The notes under the pieces: generated by a model
Told to the model about the DNA's origin: nothing
Seen by the model: only the letters and a program-made list of their open reading frames with translations
The model's database searches: none
Part shown: positions 15,909 to 23,849 of the stretch, piece by piece
Layout: each line of letters starts with the position of its first letter
Numbering within the stretch: position 1 is the first letter of the stretch
Assembly: GCA_050178385.1 (NCBI GenBank)
Contig: JBFXGD010000041.1
Location: 1 to 23,849 of the forward strand
Direction of reading: 5' to 3'
Length of the DNA stretch: 23,849 nt
Source: Calditrichaceae bacterium
GTDB taxonomy: Bacteria > Calditrichota > Calditrichia > Calditrichales > JBFXGD01
Program-made: the position numbers and the translations under genes

Positions 15909-17591
15909 ATGTTACCTGAAAAAATATGGAGAATACTAAATACCGACCCAAAAAATTCAATTGTAGATGTCATACTTAAGAACAGAGATCTGCCTCCCGA
16001 TCATCTTGAACCGTTCAAATTGTCCGATAGGCTTCATTCACCGTATCTGCTGCCTGATATGGAAAAGGCGGTCACCCGCATCATCAGGGCAATTGATAAC
16101 GGGGAAAAAATATTCATTTTTGGCGATTATGACGTGGATGGTGTGACTTCTACGGCAATCATGGTCTATTTCTTTAGAAAGATCGGATATCCCGTGGAAT
16201 ACGCCCTGCCTCACAGGGAAAAGGACGGATACGGATTAAGACCGTCGGCGGTTGATCTGGCTGCTGAACTTGGGATGAAGCTCATCATTACGGTTGACAA
16301 CGGAATCACGGCTCATGATGCAATCGATCATGCAAAATCCCTGGGAATTGATGTCGTTGTAACGGATCACCATTTGCAGGAAGGAGAGCTTCCTGATGCC
16401 TGCGCGGTGATTAATCCAAACAGAACCGATTCTGAATATCCTTTCAAAACTATCTGCGGTGTGGCGGTCGCCTTTAAATTGCTCCACGCCTTAAGCGAGA
16501 AACTGATGCAGGAGGACGATTTTAAACAGTTCCTGCTGAATCAGCTTGATTTGGTTGCTATTGGAACCATCGCCGATGTAATGCCATTGCGGGATGAAAA
16601 TTACGCGCTGGTAAAATTCGGGTTGAAGGTATTGAGCGGAAGCCGGAAACCGGGTTTGATGGCGCTGAAAAAAATAAGCGGCGTAAAAGAGAAAGTTGTA
16701 ACACCGATTTCTGTGGGCTATTTTCTGGCGCCAAGATTAAATGCCGCCGGGAGGATGGAAGAAGCCGCCATATCCGTTGAACTGTTGATTACCGAATCAA
16801 AAGAAGAAGCTCAGGAACTGTCTGCGCACCTTGACAGTTTAAATCGAAAAAGACAGACGTTGCAGTCCAGTTATCTTGATTTCGCGCTAAATTTAATGCC
16901 GGACAATGACGAAGTTCCTTCAGAAAAAGTGATCTTTGTTGAAAATGATGAATGGCTGGCCGGTTTGATCGGGCTCGTTTCCGGTAGGCTGAAAGAAAAA
17001 TATTCACGACCGGCCTTTGTTTTTACCCGGGATGAAAATGGTAATTATGTAGGATCAGCAAGAAGTATTGACGCTTTTCATGTGACTAACGCGTTGACGC
17101 AGTTTAATCATTACTTTTTGAATTACGGAGGGCATCACAAAGCAGCCGGTTTAACCATTCCCGCGGAAAATTATGATCAATTTAAAAAAGAATTTATAGA
17201 TTATGCAAACGACGCATTGAGTAATGAAGAACTGGTACCGGAAATAGTGATTGACTCGGTGATAGATATTGATCAGCTTAACCTGAACACCGCCAGAGTT
17301 CTTCAGGAAATAGGACCCTTTGGAGAAACAAATGCCGAACCGATTCTTTTGCTAAAAAATGTATATATTCGCGATATGATGTTATTGAGCAACGGAAAGC
17401 ATCTGAAATTATCCGTACAAAGGGGAAATCAGTTGTTTGAATGTATCTGGTGGGGCGGAGGCTGTCATAAGGATGATGTTGTTTTCGGTGAGACAATCGA
17501 TGTGGCGTTCAGGGTGAATATTAACAACTGGAGGGGGACTGAAAGACTCCAGCTGACAGTTGAAGATTTGAAAAAAAGTGAAGAAATGTGA
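15909..17591 (+). CDS. recJ: Single-stranded-DNA-specific exonuclease RecJ
   Basis: GDYDVDG, DGYGL, TVDNG, TDHH, GTIADVMPL, PRLNAAGR, GSARS, GGHHKAAG and GPFGETN motifs. GGAGG RBS. Confidence 0.96.
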   Translation: MLPEKIWRILNTDPKNSIVDVILKNRDLPPDHLEPFKLSDRLHSPYLLPDMEKAVTRIIRAIDNGEKIFIFGDYDVDGVTSTAIMVYFFRKIGYPVEYALPHREKDGYGLRPSAVDLAAELGMKLIITVDNGITAHDAIDHAKSLGIDVVVTDHHLQEGELPDACAVINPNRTDSEYPFKTICGVAVAFKLLHALSEKLMQEDDFKQFLLNQLDLVAIGTIADVMPLRDENYALVKFGLKVLSGSRKPGLMALKKISGVKEKVVTPISVGYFLAPRLNAAGRMEEAAISVELLITESKEEAQELSAHLDSLNRKRQTLQSSYLDFALNLMPDNDEVPSEKVIFVENDEWLAGLIGLVSGRLKEKYSRPAFVFTRDENGNYVGSARSIDAFHVTNALTQFNHYFLNYGGHHKAAGLTIPAENYDQFKKEFIDYANDALSNEELVPEIVIDSVIDIDQLNLNTARVLQEIGPFGETNAEPILLLKNVYIRDMMLLSNGKHLKLSVQRGNQLFECIWWGGGCHKDDVVFGETIDVAFRVNINNWRGTERLQLTVEDLKKSEEM

Positions 17592-17658
17592 CAAATGTCA
17601 TATTGATATTAGTGAATAGCATGTATCTTTTACATATAAGAAGCCGGGGGGGATCTTT

Positions 17659-18348
17659 ATGAAAAAGTTAGTAATTTTAACTTTTATTTTTTTGGCATTC
17701 ATCATTTATTCCTGCTCAGACAGCACTTCAGGAAATTCCAGTCAAGACACACCGCCGGCGTTGCCGGATTTAAATATGATTTCACTGCCCGCAGACACGC
17801 CTCCTGAAGTTTATACTGAATTTCAGTACACGGGTGTGATGCTTGGGCCCTGGACGCTGTGGATCGGTTATATTTTTGATGATATCGCCGCCGTCAAAGA
17901 CGGTGATACATGGGTCTGGACTACCGTAAATAATGGTCTCACGATAACGATAAGAGCGACAATCGGTGATGATGATTCAATTGTCTGGCAAATGATTCTT
18001 GATGGATCAGCGGGCATTTTGGTGTATGATAACTGGCTTGCTATGGAGGTTTATCAGACCGGCGACAGAAAATCAACATCCTGGACTTTTTATCAGATTA
18101 ACTCTGATCAGGCCGCGTTTGTCTCTTCCTGCACAACTGATGACGATGGTAATGTACATTGTACATTTGACTTTGGCATATTCAGCCATGAATCGACAGC
18201 AAACATCGATGGCAGTGGCAGTTTTCTGATATACAATAATGGAAATCTGATTTTTGAATCACATTGGGATTCCAGCGGCAACGGATGGTGGAAGAAATAC
18301 AATAGCTCAGGAGTTGAAATTGCCGGCGGTACTTGGGGAAGTGATTAA
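17659..18348 (+). CDS. Hypothetical lipoprotein (beta-rich, Trp/Gly/Asp-rich)
   Basis: MKK, a hydrophobic stretch, lipobox IYSC and a Ser/Pro linker. G-rich RBS. Confidence 0.75.
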   Translation: MKKLVILTFIFLAFIIYSCSDSTSGNSSQDTPPALPDLNMISLPADTPPEVYTEFQYTGVMLGPWTLWIGYIFDDIAAVKDGDTWVWTTVNNGLTITIRATIGDDDSIVWQMILDGSAGILVYDNWLAMEVYQTGDRKSTSWTFYQINSDQAAFVSSCTTDDDGNVHCTFDFGIFSHESTANIDGSGSFLIYNNGNLIFESHWDSSGNGWWKKYNSSGVEIAGGTWGSD

Positions 18349-18381
18349 AATTTATCCTGATAAAATTTGATTGCATTTTAG

Positions 18382-18415
18382 ATCCGGCAGAGTTAGCTTT
18401 GCCGGATATTTTTTT
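18382..18415 (+). terminator. Intrinsic terminator
   Basis: atccggcagag-ttag-ctttgccggat followed by attttttt. Confidence 0.8.
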
Positions 18416-18537
18416 CTTCATTATGATTTGTCTTTTCAGGTATCCTGACATAAAAAGGAATATTTGTCACAAAAGGGATATATTCTCATCCAATAAACTA
18501 ATAATGAAACTAAAATGGTAATGTTAGGTTTAATGAC

Positions 18538-18566
18538 TTGATTTTTTATCAACAAAAGTGTAGTTT
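18538..18566 (+). promoter_or_regulatory. Putative sigma70 promoter for smg-topA
   Basis: TTGATT-N17-TAGTTT, ending 27 nt upstream of the smg start. Confidence 0.4.
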
Positions 18567-18593
18567 TTTTTTGGAATATACATAGGGAAACAG

Positions 18594-19058
18594 ATGCAAG
18601 AACGAATTATTGAGATCATTGTTTACCTGATGGCTGAATTTCAGCACCAGCACTCAGATGAAAATTATGTCGATTTATCGGAAGAACTAAGATCACGCGG
18701 TTATACCGAAAATGAAATAAACATAGCTTTTTCCTGGATATTTAATCATTTGCAAAAAGAACAGGCTCCGCAAAAAGCCGAGTTCAAATATAGCGGGAAA
18801 TCGATTCGGGTTTTACACGAACTTGAAAAACTGGTTGTATCGCCGGATGCATACGGGTATCTTTTGCAGTTATGGCAGTTGGGTATTCTCGATGAATCAG
18901 GTATTGAATCCGCGATAGAAAAATCATTATCGCTGGGGACAACCGATATTACACTTGATGATATTAAGAGTATCACAGCGTCAATGGTGTTGGGCGCCGA
19001 TCCGGGCAATTTCTATGAAGGATTTTTTTACCAGCTGGGATCCAATACCATACATTAA
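18594..19058 (+). CDS. smg: DUF494 / Smg family protein
   Basis: I.EIIVYL, L...L...GY...EI..AF.W, SIRVLH.LE, GYLLQL..LGIL....E.AIE and a C-terminal ..IH. Located upstream of topA. Confidence 0.85.
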   Translation: MQERIIEIIVYLMAEFQHQHSDENYVDLSEELRSRGYTENEINIAFSWIFNHLQKEQAPQKAEFKYSGKSIRVLHELEKLVVSPDAYGYLLQLWQLGILDESGIESAIEKSLSLGTTDITLDDIKSITASMVLGADPGNFYEGFFYQLGSNTIH

Positions 19059-19141
19059 CCTGATTCTCACTGATATTCCGGAATTCGGATGATATCGTCC
19101 CGCGTTAACAGCAAACCACAATCAAAAAGTTATAGAGTTAT

Positions 19142-21385
19142 ATGGCAAACAAATCTTTAGTGATAGTAGAATCACCGGCAAAAGCAAAGACCATTAATAA
19201 GTATCTGGGGGCTGAATTTAAAGTTGCCGCCTCGGTTGGTCATATAATTGATTTACCCAAAAACCAATTTGGTGTCAATATTGAAGACGGGTTTAAACCG
19301 CAGTATATAAATATTCGCGGCAAAGAAAAAATAATCAAGGAATTGAGAGCTCTTTCGGCAGGCGCGGATAATATCTATATCGCGACTGACCCTGACCGCG
19401 AAGGTGAAGCGATCGCTTACCATATTTCTACTGTTTTGAATACTGCCAAGAAGGAAATCCATCGGGTTGAATTTCATGAAATAACCAGAACCGGTGTTGA
19501 GACAGCCATGAGTCATCCCAGGGCTATTGACATGAAGATGGTTTATTCTCAACAGGCCCGAAGAGTTTTGGATCGTATTGTGGGTTACAAAATCAGCCCG
19601 GTTTTGTGGCGAATGATCTACCGTGGTCTGAGCGCCGGAAGAGTGCAATCAGTGGCTTTGTATATCATCTGCAAGCGTGAAGTGGAAATCCGCGAGTTCA
19701 AATCCGAAGAATTCTGGACCATCAAAATATTGGTAAAAACAGATACTTCTGATCCCTTTGAGCTGAAACTGGCAAAAATTAACAATAAAAAAGCGCATAT
19801 TCCGGATCAGGAATCGGCTGACAATCATGTTGCGGCGATCAAAAACGCGGCAATGAAAATCTCATCGATCAATAAGAAAGAACTGAAAAGAAATCCGCAG
19901 CCGCCTTTCACGACAAGTACCCTGCAGCAATCCGGTTCCCGGATGCTTCACATGTCAACAAAAAGGATCATGAGCATCGCGCAAACATTGTATGAGGGCG
20001 TGGATGTTCCCGGACAGGGCAGGATAGGTCTGATTACTTATATGCGTACCGATTCAACCAGAATCAGCGCCGAAGCGATTCATGCTTCACGTGATTACAT
20101 CAAAAAGCAGTTTGGCGATGAATATCTTCCTGCTAATCCGAGAATATATAAAACGAAAAAATCAGCGCAGGACGCCCATGAGTCGATCCGGCCGGCCAAT
20201 ATATCGGACGAGTTTGCTCCGGAAAATCTAAAAGCAGTGCTTTCGGCAGAACAATTCAAATTGTACAACCTGATCTGGAAAAGATTTGTAGCCTGTCAGA
20301 TGATGCCTGCCGTATATGAAAAAACAACCATCTCTGTCACAGGCGGTCATTATCTGTTTACAACCGAAGGCGAAGTGATGAATTTCCCGGGTTACGAAAA
20401 AGTGTACCGGGAAACCGCCGGCGAAGATGAAGAAAACGGGATGAAAGTTATTCCCCTGGGCCTGAATGAAGGCGATGTGTGCTATCTGCAGAAAATCCTG
20501 CCGGAGCAGAATTTTACAAAACCGCCGGCAAGATATACGGAAAGCACGCTTGTGAAAGAAATGGATAAACTTGGAATCGGCCGGCCGAGTACATATGCTC
20601 AGATTGTAAGCACAATTCTACACCGCAAATATGTGGAACTGAAAGAACGCAAATTATTCGCCACGCAGCTTGGAGAGACGGTAAACAAAATCCTGATCGA
20701 GAATTTTCCTGATATCTTTAATGTGGATTTCACCGCTTCGATGGAAAAAAAGCTGGATGAAATAGCCGGAGACCACGCCACGTACGAAGATGTTATGAAT
20801 GAATTTTATACGCCTTTTGACCGCGCGATAAAAACCGTTGAAGCGAATAAGGAAGAGATTAAGTCTGATCTACTGGAAGATTCCGGCGAATCCTGTGATA
20901 AGTGCGGCCGCCCGATGATAATCCGGTGGGGTAGGAATGGCCGGTTTATGGCCTGCAGCGGATACCCGGAATGCAAAAACACCAAACCGCTGGAAGAGGA
21001 AGAACAGGAAACCACGGATGAAGTCTGTGATAAATGTAACAGCCCCATGGTGGTTAAAAGAGGAAAATACGGTAAGTTTTTAGCGTGTTCCAATTATCCT
21101 GACTGCAAAAACACAAAGCCCATCACTGTCAACACCGGTGTCTCATGCCCAAAAGATTCATGCGACGGCACCATCATTGAACGAAGAAGCAAACGCGGTA
21201 AGATTTTTTATGGATGTACAAATTATCCGGCATGTGATTTTGTAAGCTGGGATAAGCCTGTTAATCAAAAATGTTCGAACTGCGGGAATAAATACATGAA
21301 TGAAAAGTCTTCCAAGTCTAAAGGACATTTTTTGCGTTGTCCGGAATGTAAGTTTGAAATAGTTGAAGAAAACATTGCAAATTGA
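19142..21385 (+). CDS. topA: DNA topoisomerase I (type IA) with four C-terminal C4 zinc ribbons
   Basis: VIVESPAKAKTI, ATDPDREGEAIA, SAGRVQS, LITYMRTDS (catalytic Tyr), AQDAHESIRP and GIGRPSTY motifs, plus Cys repeats. Confidence 0.98.
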   Translation: MANKSLVIVESPAKAKTINKYLGAEFKVAASVGHIIDLPKNQFGVNIEDGFKPQYINIRGKEKIIKELRALSAGADNIYIATDPDREGEAIAYHISTVLNTAKKEIHRVEFHEITRTGVETAMSHPRAIDMKMVYSQQARRVLDRIVGYKISPVLWRMIYRGLSAGRVQSVALYIICKREVEIREFKSEEFWTIKILVKTDTSDPFELKLAKINNKKAHIPDQESADNHVAAIKNAAMKISSINKKELKRNPQPPFTTSTLQQSGSRMLHMSTKRIMSIAQTLYEGVDVPGQGRIGLITYMRTDSTRISAEAIHASRDYIKKQFGDEYLPANPRIYKTKKSAQDAHESIRPANISDEFAPENLKAVLSAEQFKLYNLIWKRFVACQMMPAVYEKTTISVTGGHYLFTTEGEVMNFPGYEKVYRETAGEDEENGMKVIPLGLNEGDVCYLQKILPEQNFTKPPARYTESTLVKEMDKLGIGRPSTYAQIVSTILHRKYVELKERKLFATQLGETVNKILIENFPDIFNVDFTASMEKKLDEIAGDHATYEDVMNEFYTPFDRAIKTVEANKEEIKSDLLEDSGESCDKCGRPMIIRWGRNGRFMACSGYPECKNTKPLEEEEQETTDEVCDKCNSPMVVKRGKYGKFLACSNYPDCKNTKPITVNTGVSCPKDSCDGTIIERRSKRGKIFYGCTNYPACDFVSWDKPVNQKCSNCGNKYMNEKSSKSKGHFLRCPECKFEIVEENIAN

Positions 21386-21446
21386 TTAATAAATGCCGAA
21401 TATGTAATACAGAAACCATAGACTCAATTATAATATTATAGATATT

Positions 21447-22370
21447 ATGGATTCACAGATCCGTAAGTTTTTAGATTTTTTAATACTGGAAAAACGATAT
21501 TCCAGGAATACCGCGCAGGCGTACGCGGCAGATTTAACACAGTTTGAAACCTTCGCGCTTGACTACTTCAGAACCGATCAGATGGAATGGAATCGGATTG
21601 AAAAAAAGACACTCCGCTACTTTCTCGTCTTCCTGCAGGAAAATGATATTTCAAAACGCAGCATCGCAAGAAAACTTGCGGCGATAAAATCATTTTTTAA
21701 ATTTTTAACGCGTGAGGAGATTATCAAAATTAACCCTGCTCTGGCGATTAAACTACCAAAATTCGAAAAAAAATTACCCGAATACATGACGGAAGACGAA
21801 GTTAGCCGACTTATGCGGCAGCCTGACATCGCTACATTTGAAGGTGTGCGTGATCTTACAATTCTGGAGTTTTTCTATGGAACCGGAATGCGTCTGGCGG
21901 AGTTAATAAACCTAAAGGTTACCGATGTTTTTTTAAATGAAAATCTGATCCGGATTACCGGAAAAGGAAATAAGGAACGAGTGGTACCAGTAGGCAGCGT
22001 CGCGTTGAAGATTCTTGAAAAATATTTAACATTTAGAACTAAATTTGCGCAGCATGATGTCGATCATTTATTTGTGCTTAATTCAGGGAAGAAAATGTAT
22101 CCAATGGCTGTCCAGAGAATCGTGAAAAAGTATCTCGCGTTTGTATCCAATTCCCCCCAAAAAAGTCCGCATGTGCTCAGACACAGCTACGCGACGCATT
22201 TATTGAACGCGGGAGCCAGTATAAGGGTTGTGAAAGATCTGTTGGGACATGAAAGTTTATCGACAACGCAGATTTATACCCATATGTCAATTGAACATTT
22301 AAAAGAAATCTACAATCAAGCCCATCCGGGCGCCTCAAATAAATCATCAAAAAAAGTAGGGAGGTCATGA
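21447..22370 (+). CDS. xerC: Tyrosine recombinase XerC
   Basis: Intact R-K-HxxR-H-Y set (GMRLAEL, GKGNKER, HVLRHSYATHLL, LLGH.SLSTTQIY) in a topA-xerC-hpf context. Confidence 0.88.
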   Translation: MDSQIRKFLDFLILEKRYSRNTAQAYAADLTQFETFALDYFRTDQMEWNRIEKKTLRYFLVFLQENDISKRSIARKLAAIKSFFKFLTREEIIKINPALAIKLPKFEKKLPEYMTEDEVSRLMRQPDIATFEGVRDLTILEFFYGTGMRLAELINLKVTDVFLNENLIRITGKGNKERVVPVGSVALKILEKYLTFRTKFAQHDVDHLFVLNSGKKMYPMAVQRIVKKYLAFVSNSPQKSPHVLRHSYATHLLNAGASIRVVKDLLGHESLSTTQIYTHMSIEHLKEIYNQAHPGASNKSSKKVGRS

Positions 22371-22690
22371 TGAAATTAGCAATCACCGCTAGAGGGTACA
22401 AAGCACCGGAGCGTCTAAAGAGCTATATTACGGAAAAAATGAAGAGACTCGACCGCTTCGCGGATTCAATCATGGATGTTGAAGTTATACTCTCGTATGA
22501 AAAGCTTGATCAGGTCGTGGAATTTATTCTGCGGCTGAATCACAAGGTGATTGTAGTTAAAGAGCGATCAGAGGACGTGTTCAAATCTATTGATCTGGCC
22601 ATCGATAAAATGGAACAGCAGGTTGTAAAAACCAAGGCGAAGATCAAGGATCATGACAACAAGAAAATCGTAGAAAATTTGGTCAGCTAA
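22367..22690 (+). CDS. hpf: Ribosome hibernation factor (short HPF/RaiA, S30EA family)
   Basis: ITARG......L.SY..EKM.RL and D.FKSIDLAIDKMEQQ..K.K.K motifs. GGAGG RBS and ATGA overlap with xerC. Confidence 0.9.
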   Translation: MMKLAITARGYKAPERLKSYITEKMKRLDRFADSIMDVEVILSYEKLDQVVEFILRLNHKVIVVKERSEDVFKSIDLAIDKMEQQVVKTKAKIKDHDNKKIVENLVS

Positions 22691-22712
22691 TAAGTCCTTT
22701 GTGAATTATATG

Positions 22713-22746
22713 ATAGGCACTTCGTTCAGAAGTGCCTATTTTTTTT
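22713..22746 (+). terminator. Intrinsic terminator after hpf
   Basis: Perfect 11-bp stem ataggcacttc-gttca-gaagtgcctat followed by a T7 run. Confidence 0.88.
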
Positions 22747-22787
22747 AAATTTTTGCGGACTTTATCAATCTTTAGTAAATTCAAACT

Positions 22788-23774
22788 ATGAACCAGTTTA
22801 TTACAGTCAGAACATTTTTCAGGGAGAATCAGTCCAGGCTCAAATTAAAGCTGGTCTGCTCTGAAAACGGACTTAACAGGAAGATCACGTCACCGGAGCT
22901 CCATCGGCCGGGATTGGCGTTATCGGGATTCGTTGAGCTGTTTACCTGGGACCGGATACAGATTCTCGGAAATACTGAAATATCTTATCTTTCCGGGCTT
23001 GATGAAGACGCGTTGCTGCTATCCATCAGCCGGTTTAGTGAGTTTGAAATCCCTGCTGTTATAGTTTCCAATGGAAATCCGATTCCTCCCCTTTTAATCG
23101 AAGCGGCCACGCGCAGATATATTTCGGTTTTCAGCACTCCTTACAGTACGACCAGGTTTGTGCACTTGCTCGGTGAGTATCTCGAAACCAAATTCGCTCC
23201 GCGTGTGTCTATGCATGGTTCGCTGGTGGATGTTTATGGCATCGGAATCCTTTTTACCGGTCGCAGCGGTATAGGAAAAAGTGAAATCACGCTTGATCTT
23301 GTGGAAAGGGGGCACCGTCTTGTCGCCGATGATCTGGTTATTGTCACCCTCAAGGCGGAAGACGTACTCATAGGCGCAGGTCAGGAAATTTCGGAACATG
23401 TGCTGGAGATCCGCGGCGTAGGATTGATCGATGTGAAGCGTGTGTTCGGTATCCGGAGCGTGCGTATGCAGAAACGCGTTGAAGTGGAAGTGAAACTGGT
23501 TGACTGGGATAAAGATGCCGACTATGAGCGTACCGGTCTTGAGGAGAATATCACGGAAATTTTAGGTGTGGAAGTCCCGCAAATTGTCCTTCCCATTAAT
23601 CCCGGGAAAAATATCACGGTAATCGCCGAGACCATCGCCATGAATCATCTGTTAAAGATGTATGGTTATCATACAGCGCGTGAATTCAATTCCCGGCTTA
23701 AAGAGTTTATGAAACAGAAAGACCGCAGCCCGCTTTCTCAGGACAGAGCATTTCTGGAAAAGGACTGGGAATGA
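22788..23774 (+). CDS. hprK: HPr(Ser) kinase/phosphorylase
   Basis: RPGLALSG, RIQILGNTE, HGSLVDVYGIG, Walker A GRSGIGKSE, GHRLVADD, EIRGVGLID and PGKN motifs. Confidence 0.97.
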   Translation: MNQFITVRTFFRENQSRLKLKLVCSENGLNRKITSPELHRPGLALSGFVELFTWDRIQILGNTEISYLSGLDEDALLLSISRFSEFEIPAVIVSNGNPIPPLLIEAATRRYISVFSTPYSTTRFVHLLGEYLETKFAPRVSMHGSLVDVYGIGILFTGRSGIGKSEITLDLVERGHRLVADDLVIVTLKAEDVLIGAGQEISEHVLEIRGVGLIDVKRVFGIRSVRMQKRVEVEVKLVDWDKDADYERTGLEENITEILGVEVPQIVLPINPGKNITVIAETIAMNHLLKMYGYHTAREFNSRLKEFMKQKDRSPLSQDRAFLEKDWE

Positions 23775-23849
23775 ACGGGAAATATTTTTCATGCATTATC
23801 ACCCATGGGGATCTGGCGCGTGAATTAAAGAAGGTGGTGGACGGACTGG
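23771..23849 (+). CDS. Probable PTS EIIA (mannose/fructose-type) component, N-terminal fragment
   Basis: ATGA overlap with hprK. MNGKYFSCIITHGDLARELKKVVDGL carries the I-I-T-H-G phospho-His motif. Truncated by the window end. Confidence 0.75.
   Translation, partial: MNGKYFSCIITHGDLARELKKVVDGL

Noticed and set aside
12803..17591. Helicase-nuclease plus nuclease as an anti-phage defence system
   Set aside because: The neighbours are core replication and repair genes and RecJ is canonical. There are no defence-island hallmarks, so a repair role is more parsimonious, though defence is not excluded.
21447..22370. Tyrosine recombinase as a phage or island integrase
   Set aside because: It has XerC-like size and motifs in a housekeeping topA-xerC-hpf context, with no att sites, tRNA or cargo.
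3997..23399. Other short ORFs nested within or antisense to long genes
   Set aside because: They overlap well-supported CDSs and show no motifs or RBS, so they are treated as shadow ORFs.

Overview
A gene-dense bacterial chromosomal window with no mobile element, CRISPR array or RNA gene detected. The smg-topA-xerC-hpf-hprK-PTS EIIA order, outer-membrane beta-barrels and lipoproteins suggest a diderm, possibly Calditrichota/KSB1 or a related FCB lineage (inference only). The left part encodes a truncated DPP-IV/S9 peptidase, an MBL-fold hydrolase, a YciO/YrdC-family protein, a MATE pump, a small beta-barrel and a sodium:solute symporter. The most notable accessory locus (7349-9526, minus) is an MNIO (DUF692) RiPP cluster: a secreted 8-Cys ExKCG-repeat precursor, an internal terminator, the DUF692 enzyme and a DUF2063 partner (hvfABC/bufferin-like). 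An SSS transporter follows it, and no DoxX or ECF sigma gene is nearby. Next come an orphan hairpin-less efflux-adaptor-like protein and a small secreted protein ending in TWGAIKAMFR, a candidate sorting motif. A DNA-metabolism block follows: holC, a 998-aa UvrD/PcrA helicase with an intact DnaQ-like DEDDh exonuclease inserted inside it and a clamp-motif-like tail, and recJ. The window ends in housekeeping genes.
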